Shown: one piece after another, positions 56,800 to 64,000 of the stretch | How the letters are laid out: each line of letters opens with the position of its first letter | Position numbering within the stretch: position 1 is the first letter of the stretch | From: an uncultured Solirubrobacterales bacterium | Lineage (GTDB): Bacteria; Actinomycetota; Thermoleophilia; Solirubrobacterales; 70-9 | NCBI GenBank assembly: GCA_963700785.1 | Contig: CAVOYZ010000010.1 | Location: 14,870 to 78,869 of the forward strand | DNA length: 64,000 nucleotides | Direction of reading: 5' to 3' | The notes under the pieces: model-generated | What the model was told of the DNA's origin: nothing | Database searches by the model: none | The model's input: only the letters and a program-made list of their open reading frames with translations | Translations under genes and position numbers: made by a program

Positions 56800-57933
56800 C
56801 TAGGCAGCCTGCCGCCGCTCCGGATAGGCGGGCGGCTTCGCCTTCTTCTTGATCACGCGCAGCTGGGTGGACGGATCCCAGAGCGAGGTCTCGCGCCGGC
56901 TGTCGACGAGATCGTCGATCGGGGTGGCGGGCGTCTCGCCTTCGAGCCATCCGTCGCGGTTGTCCGGGCGGGGGTCGGCGCCGTTGTCCGGCTGGCGGGC
57001 GACGTTGAGCCCGTGCTCGGTGAACATCGCGCGGTCGTCGGCGGGCTCGGCGCCGAGGGTCGTCAGGAAGTTCCCCATCATCACGCCGTTGAGCCCGGCC
57101 CGCACCGCCAGCGGCTGCAGCTCGCCGAGGTTCTCGACGCGGCCACCACAGAGCCGGAACAGGGCTCCGGGGATGATCAGGCGGAAGATCGCGACCCACT
57201 TGACGACCTCCCATGGGTCCATCAGCTCGCGGTCCCCGAACTTGGTGCCGGAGCGCGGGTTGAGCAGATTGATCGGCACCGACGTGGGGTCGATCTCGGA
57301 CAGCTCGAAGGCCATCTCGACCCGCTGACGCGGGGATTCGCCAAGGTTCAGGATCCCGCCGACGCAGGTTTCGAGGCCGGCGTCGCGGACCGCCTCGATC
57401 GTCCGCACCCGGCCCTCGTAGCGGACCGTGGTCGTCACCTCCTCGTAGTAGGAGCGCGCCGTCTCGACGTTGTGGTGGACCCGCTGGACGCCGGCCTCCG
57501 CCAGTCGCTCGGCGCGGTCGCGGGAGATGTGGCCGATCGAGACGCAGCGCTTGAGATTGGTCTGCTCGGAGACCAGCCTCGCGCCCTCGACGATCTTCTC
57601 GAAGTCGCGCTTCGAGAGTCCCTGACCCTGGGTGACCATGCAGAAGCGATGGGCGCCGGCGGCCTCGGCCGCCCGCGCGTGCTCGAGGATCTGGTCGGGA
57701 TCCATCATCGGGTGCATCGGCGTGTCGGCTTCGGCGTAGCGGGACTGGGCGCAGAAGCCGCAGTCCTCGGCGCAGCCGCCGGACTTCGCGTTGACCAGCG
57801 AGCACATGTCCGTCGAGTCCCCGAAGCGCTCGGTTCGGACCTGCCAGGCGCGCTCGACCAGGTCGCCGATGGCGTCTTGGTCGGTGATCGCGCCGAGCTC
57901 GAGCGCTTCCTCAAAGCTGATCAGGGGCGGCAT
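56800..57933 (-). CDS. bioB: Biotin synthase (radical SAM)
   Basis: 377 aa, CAEDCGFCAQS radical-SAM motif, HNVET, CGGILNLGE-type region. About 30-50 extra C-terminal residues compared with my expectation for BioB. Confidence 0.95.
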   Translation of the reverse strand: MPPLISFEEALELGAITDQDAIGDLVERAWQVRTERFGDSTDMCSLVNAKSGGCAEDCGFCAQSRYAEADTPMHPMMDPDQILEHARAAEAAGAHRFCMVTQGQGLSKRDFEKIVEGARLVSEQTNLKRCVSIGHISRDRAERLAEAGVQRVHHNVETARSYYEEVTTTVRYEGRVRTIEAVRDAGLETCVGGILNLGESPRQRVEMAFELSEIDPTSVPINLLNPRSGTKFGDRELMDPWEVVKWVAIFRLIIPGALFRLCGGRVENLGELQPLAVRAGLNGVMMGNFLTTLGAEPADDRAMFTEHGLNVARQPDNGADPRPDNRDGWLEGETPATPIDDLVDSRRETSLWDPSTQLRVIKKKAKPPAYPERRQAA

Positions 57934-57996
57934 CCTCGATCCCTCCGTTCGCGGTTGCGAGGGAGGCTAGGAGCGAACCCGGACGGGTCCGGCAGC

Positions 57997-58947
57997 TCAG
58001 CCGGCGGGCTCCGCTCCCTGCCCGCCGGCCGCCGCGGATTGGTCCTGCTGGCAGCGCTTCAGCGCCCGCGCGTAGAAGTGCATGTAGCGCCGCCAGTTCG
58101 AGTTCCAGTAGGAGCTCTCGTGCCCACCCTCGCCGATGTACGGCCTGCCCTTGGCCCCGCCGGCGTCGAGCGCGGCCGCCAGTGCCTCGTCAGCCTCACG
58201 AAACGGGTCCTCGTCACCGACGTCGAGCCAGTAGCGCTTCTCGGCCAGCGGCGAGCCCGGCTGCCCGAGCAGCGCGATCAGGTCACGCCGCTCGAAGTCG
58301 GCGGCATCGTCGAACGCCCCCTCCGCCGTCTCCGAGGCCTCCGTCCAGACCGCCGGGGAGTGGCCGCCGACCGCGCAGAACGTCGCCGGGCGCCCGCTGA
58401 GCAGCCGGAACGGCTCCTGGCGAGCGATGTCGAAGGCCCCGAATCCCCCCATCGAGATGCCGCCGATCGCGATCCGCTCCGGTTCGATCTCGAAGCGCTC
58501 GGCCAGCGCCGGCAGCAACTCCTCGAGCACGTACGAACCCCAGGCACCGCCCTCGGCCCGGTCGTGCCAGTACGACTCCGGGCCGCCTCGTGGGAAGGCG
58601 ACGATCGGCGCCCGGCCACCCTGGCGGGCCAGGGCCCGGAACATCTGCTCGTCCAGGTAGCTGCGCTCGTCCTCGCCGCGACCGTGGAGGAAGACGAGCA
58701 GCGCGCGGCGCCCGTCCCTGGCGCCGCGAGGGACGACGACCTTGACCGGCAGCGTCTCGCCGATCAGCTCGCTATCGACCTCGTAGTCGACCACCCGGGC
58801 TCCTGCGGTCGCGGAGAGGCCCGGTCGCGAGTCGAGCAGCAGCTCGCTGACGGCGATCGAGGCGACGACCACCAGCGCGGCCGCGAGCACCCGCAGCGCC
58901 AAGCCGGAGCGCGAGTAGCGGGGGGCGGCGTCGCCGGTGCTCTCCAT
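57997..58947 (-). CDS. Membrane-anchored alpha/beta-hydrolase (putative esterase family)
   Basis: From MESTGDAAPRYS..., TM helix LALRVLAAALVVVASIAV, nucleophile elbow GISMGG. The longer track ORF would overlap the divergent gene at 59099. Confidence 0.75.
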   Translation of the reverse strand: MESTGDAAPRYSRSGLALRVLAAALVVVASIAVSELLLDSRPGLSATAGARVVDYEVDSELIGETLPVKVVVPRGARDGRRALLVFLHGRGEDERSYLDEQMFRALARQGGRAPIVAFPRGGPESYWHDRAEGGAWGSYVLEELLPALAERFEIEPERIAIGGISMGGFGAFDIARQEPFRLLSGRPATFCAVGGHSPAVWTEASETAEGAFDDAADFERRDLIALLGQPGSPLAEKRYWLDVGDEDPFREADEALAAALDAGGAKGRPYIGEGGHESSYWNSNWRRYMHFYARALKRCQQDQSAAAGGQGAEPAG

Positions 58948-59074
58948 GCCGACAGGTTGCCAGTTGCGCCGAACCGAATCGGGGCGGGGGCGAGCCGAGC
59001 CCGGTCCGGCCCCGCCGCATGCTTGCGTGCACGCCGCGGATCTCGGCGCGGTTCGCTCGGGAGAGCGCTGCAGC

Positions 59075-59092
59075 AAGTAGTAAGTTCTACTT
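59075..59092. promoter_or_regulatory. Perfect palindrome AAGTAG-taagtt-CTACTT ending 6 nt before the start codon of carboxylase locus 2
   Basis: Read directly; the only AT-rich patch in the 151-nt divergent spacer. Confidence 0.35.
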
Positions 59093-59098
59093 CCCACA

Positions 59099-60694
59099 AT
59101 GTCAGTACTGGGAACCCGCATCGACACGGGCTCGGCGCAGTACGCCGAGAACCGGGAGAAGATGCTCGAGCGGCTCGAGAAGATGGAGTCCGAGCAGGCT
59201 GCCGCGCGCCTCGGCGGCGGCGAGGAGAAGATCGCCCGCCATCACCGGCGCGGGCGGATGCTGCCCCGCGAGCGGATCGAGCTGCTGGTGGACCGCGACT
59301 CGCCGTTTCTCGAGCTGGCGCCGCTTGCCGCCTACGGCTCCGAGTACGAGGTCGGCGGCTCCTACGTCGCGGGCATCGGGGTCGTCGAGGGTGTCGAATG
59401 CATGATCGGGGCCTCGGAGCCGACCGTCCGTGGCGGCACCTCGAATCCCTACACGCTCCGCAAGAGCCTGCGGATGCAGGAGATCGCCGCCGTCAATCGC
59501 CTGCCCTCGATCGGCTTCGTCGAGTCGGGCGGCGCCGACCTTCCACGCCAGAAGGAGATCTTCATCCCCGGCGGTGCGACCTTCCGCAACCTGACCCAGA
59601 AGTCCGCCGCCGGGATTCCGACCGTCGCCCTGGTCTGCGGCAACTCGACCGCCGGCGGTGCCTACCTGCCGGGGATGTCCGACTACGTGGTGATGGTCCG
59701 CGAGCAGGCGCTCGTCTTCCTCGGCGGTCCGCCCCTGGTGAAGATGGCGACCGGCGAGGAGGCCGAGGAGGAGGAGCTCGGCGGCGCCGAGATGCACTCG
59801 CGGGTCTCCGGCGTTTCGGAGTTCGTCGCCAGCGACGAGGTCGATCTCTGCAGGATCGGGCGAGAGATCGTCCGCAACCTGAACTGGCGCAAGCTCGGGC
59901 CGGAGCCGCGCGGGACCGGCGCCGCGCCGCTCCACGACGAGGAGGAGCTGCTCGGGATCGCCTCCCACGACCTGCGGATCCCGTTCGAGGCTCGCGAGGT
60001 GATCGCCCGCATCGTCGACGGCTCACGCTTCGACGAGTTCAAGCCCGGATACGGAAACCAGCTGGTCACGGGCTGGGCCGAGCTGCACGGCTACCCGATC
60101 GCGATCCTCGCCAACAACGGCGTGCTCTTCAACGAGGACGCCGAGAAGGCGGCCCATTTCATCCAGCTCGCGGACCAGGTGGACACGCCGCTTCTGTTCA
60201 TGCAGAACACGTCCGGCTACATCGTCGGCACCGAATACGAACAGCGCGGGATCGTCAAGGCCGGCGCGAAGATGATCAACGCCGTCGCCAACGCCGGCGT
60301 CCCGAAGCTGACCCTGATGATGGGCGGCTCCTACGGGGCCGGCAACTACGGGATGTGCGGTCGCAGCTTCGAACCCCGGTTCATCTTCGCCTGGCCCAAC
60401 TACAAGACCGCGGTGATGGGGCCCAAGCAGCTTGCCGGGGTGATGGAGATCGTCGCCCGGGGCAAGGCGGCACGTGCCGGTGAGGAGATCGACGAGCAGG
60501 GGCTGGCGGTCGTGACGAGGGCGGTCGAGGAGCAGATCGAGGCGGAGTCGGACGCGTTCGTCTCCTCCGGTGAGCTCTGGGACGACGCGATGATCGATCC
60601 GCGCGACAGCCGGACGGCGCTCGGGGTCGCGCTCTCGGCCTGCCACAACAACGAGGTCGCCGGATCCCGCCGGTTCGGCGTCTTCCGGATGTAG
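59099..60694 (+). CDS. Acyl-CoA carboxylase carboxyltransferase (beta) subunit, paralog 2 (intact)
   Basis: 531 aa, RERIELLVDRDSPFLELAPLAA, ESGGADLP, CGNSTAGGAYLPGM, GGPPLVKMATGEE; substrate not assignable by eye. Confidence 0.9.
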   Translation: MSVLGTRIDTGSAQYAENREKMLERLEKMESEQAAARLGGGEEKIARHHRRGRMLPRERIELLVDRDSPFLELAPLAAYGSEYEVGGSYVAGIGVVEGVECMIGASEPTVRGGTSNPYTLRKSLRMQEIAAVNRLPSIGFVESGGADLPRQKEIFIPGGATFRNLTQKSAAGIPTVALVCGNSTAGGAYLPGMSDYVVMVREQALVFLGGPPLVKMATGEEAEEEELGGAEMHSRVSGVSEFVASDEVDLCRIGREIVRNLNWRKLGPEPRGTGAAPLHDEEELLGIASHDLRIPFEAREVIARIVDGSRFDEFKPGYGNQLVTGWAELHGYPIAILANNGVLFNEDAEKAAHFIQLADQVDTPLLFMQNTSGYIVGTEYEQRGIVKAGAKMINAVANAGVPKLTLMMGGSYGAGNYGMCGRSFEPRFIFAWPNYKTAVMGPKQLAGVMEIVARGKAARAGEEIDEQGLAVVTRAVEEQIEAESDAFVSSGELWDDAMIDPRDSRTALGVALSACHNNEVAGSRRFGVFRM

Positions 60695-60701
60695 GGCTCA
60701 G

Positions 60702-62795
60702 ATGGCTGCTCCGACAACCCGGAGCGGGCGAGCGACGGTTGATCGCTTGACCGCTTCCCGGCCGATAACGAAGGTGCTGGTCGCCAACCGCGGCGAGATC
60801 GCGAGGCGGGTGTTCGCCGGATGCCGCGGGATGGGCATCGCGACCGCCGCCGTCTACTCCGACGCCGACGCCGAGGCGCCGTTCGTAGCCGATGCGGATG
60901 AGGCGGTTGCGCTCGGCGGCATCACCGCGGCCGAGTCCTATCTGAACGGCGATGCGGTGATCGCCGCCGCCGACGCGGTCGGGGCCGACGCGATCCATCC
61001 CGGTTACGGCTTCCTCGCCGAGAACGCGTCCTTCGCCCGCGCCGTCGACGCCGCCGGGCTCGTCTGGATCGGGCCCGGGCCGGCGGCGATCGAGGCGATG
61101 GGCTCCAAGGTCCGGGCGCGGGAGATGATGACCGAGGCCGCGGTGCCGGTGTTGCCGGGAGCGGAGCTCGGTGAGCGGGCCGACATCTCCGCCGAGGGCG
61201 CCAGGATCGGCTACCCGCTGCTGGTCAAGGCCTCCGCCGGCGGCGGCGGCAAGGGAATGCGGACGGTCCGCGACCCGGCCGCGCTCGAGGCGGCCGTCGA
61301 GTCGGCGCGGCGCGAGGCCGCCGGCGCCTTCGGCGACGACACCGTCTTCCTCGAGCGGCTGCTCGAGGAGCCGAGGCACGTCGAGATCCAGGTGCTCGCC
61401 GACGCCCACGGAAACACCGTCAGCCTCGGTGAGCGCGAGTGCTCGATCCAGCGTCGCCACCAGAAGGTGATCGAGGAGGCGCCCTCGCCCGCCGTCGATC
61501 TCGATCTCCGCGACCGGATGGGGGAGGCCGCGGTCGCGGCGGCTGAAGCCGTCGGCTACGTCGGCGCCGGCACGGTCGAGTTCCTGCTCGCGCCGGACGG
61601 GGAGTTCTTCTTCCTCGAGATGAACACGCGCCTCCAGGTCGAGCACCCGGTCACCGAGATGGTCACCGGCCTCGACCTCATCCGCCTGCAGCTGCTCGTC
61701 GCGATCGGCGCCGAGCTGCCGCCCGCGGCGCGGCTGGCCGAGCCGCTCGGCCACGCGATCGAGGCCCGCCTGTACGCGGAGGATGTGGCGGCCGGCTTCC
61801 TGCCTCAAGCCGGAACCGTCGACGGCTTCTCGTTCGATCGCCATGCGCCGGGCGGGCGGGCGGCCGAGTTCGCGGTCGCCGACCCGGCCCGGGGGGTGGC
61901 GTCGCTGCGGGTCGATTCCGGGGTCCGCTCCGGGAGCGTGGTCTCCCCGCACTACGACCCGATGCTGGCCAAGGTGATCGCCTGGGCCCCGACCCGGATC
62001 GAGGCCGCCGGCCTGCTGGCGACCGCGGTAGCCGGCGCCGAGCTGACCGGGCTGATCAGCAACCGCGATCTGCTCGTCCGCGTGCTCCGCCACCCGGACT
62101 TCCTGCGCGGCGAGACCGACACCGGCTTCCTCGAGCGGCACGACGGGCTCGACCAGCCGCTGCTCGACGCCGCCGGCGAGCGACTTCACGCCGCCGCCGC
62201 GGCGCTCGCCGCGGTCGAATCGAGCGAAGCCGGCCCGCTCGGCTTCGCGCCCCCGGGATGGCGCAACAACCGCTCTGCACCGCAGCGACGGGTCTTCGAA
62301 GGCGCCGGCGGCGAGCTCGCGGTCGAGTACGAGATCCGTCGAGGCGGGCTGGAGATCGCGGTCAACGGCGACCCGCTCGGCGCCCCGGTCGTGCACGGCT
62401 CGATCGGGACAGCCGCCCCCCGCCGGTCGATCGACCTCGAGGTCGACGGAGTCCGGCGCCGCTACGAGGTCGACGCGCGCAGCGACGGCACCGTGCTGCA
62501 CGTCCGGAGCCCGCTCGGCCACTCGACCCTGCGCGAGATGCCCCGCTATCCATCCGTCACCGAGGGCGAGGCCGAGGGTGCGCTGGTCGCCCCGATGCCC
62601 GGCAAGGTGATCCGGGTCGCGGTCGATCAGGGCGCCGAGCTCGGCGCCGGCGACCTCGTCGCGGTGCTCGAGGCGATGAAGATGGAGCATGAGCTGGTGG
62701 CCACGGTCGCCGGCACCCTGACCGAGCTGCGGGTGGCCGAGGGCGACCAGGTTGAGTCCGGCGCGATCCTCGGTGTGATCGACGGCCACCGATAG
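60702..62795 (+). CDS. Biotin-dependent acyl-CoA carboxylase alpha subunit (biotin carboxylase + BCCP), paralog 2 (intact)
   Basis: 697 aa, [36 protein letters not shown], biotinylation motif EAMKMEH. Confidence 0.92.
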   Translation: MAAPTTRSGRATVDRLTASRPITKVLVANRGEIARRVFAGCRGMGIATAAVYSDADAEAPFVADADEAVALGGITAAESYLNGDAVIAAADAVGADAIHPGYGFLAENASFARAVDAAGLVWIGPGPAAIEAMGSKVRAREMMTEAAVPVLPGAELGERADISAEGARIGYPLLVKASAGGGGKGMRTVRDPAALEAAVESARREAAGAFGDDTVFLERLLEEPRHVEIQVLADAHGNTVSLGERECSIQRRHQKVIEEAPSPAVDLDLRDRMGEAAVAAAEAVGYVGAGTVEFLLAPDGEFFFLEMNTRLQVEHPVTEMVTGLDLIRLQLLVAIGAELPPAARLAEPLGHAIEARLYAEDVAAGFLPQAGTVDGFSFDRHAPGGRAAEFAVADPARGVASLRVDSGVRSGSVVSPHYDPMLAKVIAWAPTRIEAAGLLATAVAGAELTGLISNRDLLVRVLRHPDFLRGETDTGFLERHDGLDQPLLDAAGERLHAAAAALAAVESSEAGPLGFAPPGWRNNRSAPQRRVFEGAGGELAVEYEIRRGGLEIAVNGDPLGAPVVHGSIGTAAPRRSIDLEVDGVRRRYEVDARSDGTVLHVRSPLGHSTLREMPRYPSVTEGEAEGALVAPMPGKVIRVAVDQGAELGAGDLVAVLEAMKMEHELVATVAGTLTELRVAEGDQVESGAILGVIDGHR

Positions 62796-62820
62796 GCCCG
62801 GGCCCCGCCTTCACCGGTAC

Positions 62821-62854
62821 TTGTACTTACGAACTTGATTTCGGTATATTGAGC
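62821..62854 (+). promoter_or_regulatory. Second copy of the locus-1 promoter/operator module: TTGTAC, CGAA-N6-TTCG, TATATT (62845-62850), GAGC
   Basis: 15/15 identity ttcggtatattgagc (62840-62854) with 27701-27715. CGAA and the -35 TT..A are in the same register. No start codon follows. Confidence 0.45.
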
Positions 62855-62856
62855 GG

Positions 62857-62926
62857 CCGGGGGCGGTGTTTGCTCCCCTTTACCCGCCCCCACCCTTGAG
62901 ACGGCCGCTTTCGGGCGGCCGTCTCA
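62857..62926 (+). ncRNA. Candidate small RNA (~70 nt) between the promoter copy and a terminator-like hairpin
   Basis: Predicted start about 7 nt after TATATT. Hairpin 1: GGGGGCGG (62859-62866) / CCGCCCCC (62884-62891), 17-nt loop. Hairpin 2: 62897-62926. Purely structural inference. Confidence 0.25.
62897..62926. terminator. Perfect 12-bp hairpin tgagacggccgc-tttcgg-gcggccgtctca between convergent genes (bidirectional terminator candidate)
   Basis: Read directly; begins 1 nt beyond the stop of the minus-strand glycosylase gene. No U-tract on either side. Confidence 0.6.
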
Positions 62927-62927
62927 G

Positions 62928-63554
62928 TTAACCCGGCAGCTCGACGGCCACCGCAGCCCACAGGTAGATCGCGGCCAGCGTCCGGTGTGGACGCCAGCGC
63001 TCCGCGATCGCGGTTGCCTCCTGCGGGGTGGGCGTCGCCTCGAGCCGATGGGCGATCCGGATCCCGTTTCGCAGCCCGAGATCGCCGCCGCTGAAGACGT
63101 CCTCGCGGCCGAGGTGGAACATCAGGAACATCTCGGCGCTCCAGCGCCCGAGGCCCCGGAGCCGGACCAGCTCCTCGATCACGACCTCATCGTCGGCATC
63201 GGCGAGCGCCTCGGTCTCGAGCTCGCCGGCGGCGATTGCCGCGCCGAGCCCGGAGATGTAGGAGGCCTTGCGGCCGCTGAGGCCGCAACCTCGCAGGCGC
63301 TGCTCGCCGTCCCGCGCCTCCGGCGCAGTCGGCGGACGGCCCCCGAACTCGTCACAGACGCGGGCCCAGATCGTCCGTGCGGCGCTCGTCGAGACCTGCT
63401 GGCCGGTGATGATCCGCGCCAGCGCGACGAACGGGTCCTCGGTCCCGCTCCGTCGAGCATCGAGCGACCTCGGGCCGAGCCGGTCGATCAGGGCGGCCAT
63501 CGCCGGATCGCGCTCGGCCAGGGCCCGGGCCTCTTCGCTCAGCGCCCCTGCCAT
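62928..63554 (-). CDS. alkA: DNA-3-methyladenine glycosylase II-like (HhH-GPD superfamily)
   Basis: 208 aa, ARIITGQQVSTSAARTIWARV, HhH LRGLGRWSAEMFLMF, catalytic-Asp region FSGGDLGLRNG. Confidence 0.85.
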   Translation of the reverse strand: MAGALSEEARALAERDPAMAALIDRLGPRSLDARRSGTEDPFVALARIITGQQVSTSAARTIWARVCDEFGGRPPTAPEARDGEQRLRGCGLSGRKASYISGLGAAIAAGELETEALADADDEVVIEELVRLRGLGRWSAEMFLMFHLGREDVFSGGDLGLRNGIRIAHRLEATPTPQEATAIAERWRPHRTLAAIYLWAAVAVELPG

Positions 63555-64000
63555 CTCGGCTCCCGCTTCTCGGCGAAGGCCGCGATCCCCTCGCGGAAGT
63601 CCGCGGACGAGAAGCAGGCGCGGCGCAGCTCGATCAGCTCCTGCTCCTGTCTCGGGCTCAACCGCGGGAATCGCAACAGCGTCTCGATCGCCCGCTTGTT
63701 GCCGGTCATCGACAGCGGCGCGTTGGCCGCGATCGCCGCCGCGAGCTCGAGTGAAACCGCCTCGATCTCGACCGCCGGGTGCACCTCGTGCACGAGCCCG
63801 ATCTGCTCGGCGCGGGCCCCGCCCAGGTTGCGCCCGGTGAGGAACAGCTCCCGGGTGCGCGCTGCGCCGACCGTCTCGATGAAGCGTTCGAGCCCGGTGT
63901 GCCCGTAGACCAGCCCGAGCCTCGCCGGCGGCATCCCGAGCTTCGCCTCGGCCGCGCAGATCCGGAGGTCGCAGCGAATCGCAAGCTCGAGGCCGCCGCC
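63539..64000 (-). CDS. Enoyl-CoA hydratase/isomerase (crotonase) family protein, C-terminal part (gene continues beyond window end)
   Basis: Minus-strand frame reads GGGLELAIRCDLRICAAEAKLGMPPARLGLVYGHTGLERFI...ADFREGIAAFAEKREPRW; the N-terminus is outside the window. Confidence 0.85.
   Translation of the reverse strand, partial: GGGLELAIRCDLRICAAEAKLGMPPARLGLVYGHTGLERFIETVGAARTRELFLTGRNLGGARAEQIGLVHEVHPAVEIEAVSLELAAAIAANAPLSMTGNKRAIETLLRFPRLSPRQEQELIELRRACFSSADFREGIAAFAEKREPRWQGR

Noticed and set aside
56800-56980. BioB C-terminal extension (about 30-50 residues, ...GWLEGETPATPIDDLVDSRRETSLWDPSTQLRVIKKKAKPPAYPERRQAA) as a fused auxiliary protein.
   Set aside because: I cannot recall any auxiliary-protein sequence well enough to compare, and the tail has no Cys/His motif. 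Noted in the feature evidence only.
62627-62893. 88-aa minus-strand ORF overlapping the end of the alpha subunit and the intergenic promoter copy.
   Set aside because: It is antisense to a well-supported gene for most of its length, has low-complexity sequence and no start context.
62866-62931. 21-aa GTG ORF (VFAPLYPPPPLRRPLSGGRLS) inside the candidate sRNA region.
   Set aside because: It has no ribosome-binding site, the start lies inside a stable hairpin, and the ORF runs through the terminator stem. More likely non-coding.

Overview
Very GC-rich bacterial chromosomal window with Actinomycetota-style gene content and no rRNA, CRISPR array or recognisable mobile element.

Layout:
- (i) 1-13.8 kb: end of the S10 operon plus the spc and alpha ribosomal operons (rplV' rpsC rplP rpmC rpsQ rplN rplX rplE rpsN rpsH rplF rplR rpsE rpmD rplO secY adk map, then rpmJ rpsM rpsK rpsD rpoA rplQ truA). 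infA is missing from its usual map-rpmJ slot.
- (ii) 13.9-17.6 kb: FTR1-type iron permease, surE, ligA.
- (iii) 17.6-26.0 kb: nine-gene [NiFe]-hydrogenase maturation operon hypC, hypC-like, hypD, hypE, hypA, hypB, tandem-SIS protein, hypF, short NicO-like nickel permease. No structural hydrogenase gene is in the window.
- (iv) 26-33 kb: SDR, TetR, biotin-dependent acyl-CoA carboxylase locus 1 (alpha then beta, MCCase-like), cupin, zwf.
- (v) 33-36.5 kb: PBP4-type carboxypeptidase, membrane protein, patatin.
- (vi) 36.5-40.6 kb: tightly packed minus-strand five-gene operon of secreted copper-type proteins (NosD-like beta-helix, cupredoxin, TAT-exported two-domain multicopper oxidase, cupredoxin+Ig-like, cupredoxin). 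Its promoter-proximal end (38.8-40.7 kb) is a lower-GC, Lys/Asn-rich island.
- (vii) 40.7-52.5 kb: NhaP antiporter, fadD, small HTH gene, Nif3, CAP-domain protein, DsbA-like protein, tRNA-Pro(CGG), sodA, lemA, NUDIX, rubredoxin, ECF sigma with DUF4349-type anti-sigma.
- (viii) 52.6-57.9 kb: bioB-bioF-bioD-bioA-SDR operon, preceded by an esterase gene.
- (ix) 59.1-62.8 kb: carboxylase locus 2 (beta then alpha), then alkA-like glycosylase and a crotonase fragment.

Main second-look items:
- the copper operon and its compositional island;
- the degenerate+intact tandem SIS protein inside the hyp operon;
- a promoter/operator module shared by the two carboxylase loci, whose second copy faces no ORF (candidate small RNA);
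- long acidic A/P/E-rich extensions on S3, S17, L5 and S5.

Data-quality caveat: I see at least nine single-base frame disruptions (rpsC, rpsQ, rplE, rpsE, both genes of carboxylase locus 1, nif3, two in the anti-sigma gene). Because essential genes are hit, assembly indels are more likely than real pseudogenes. All family calls are from reading the translations; no database search was possible.
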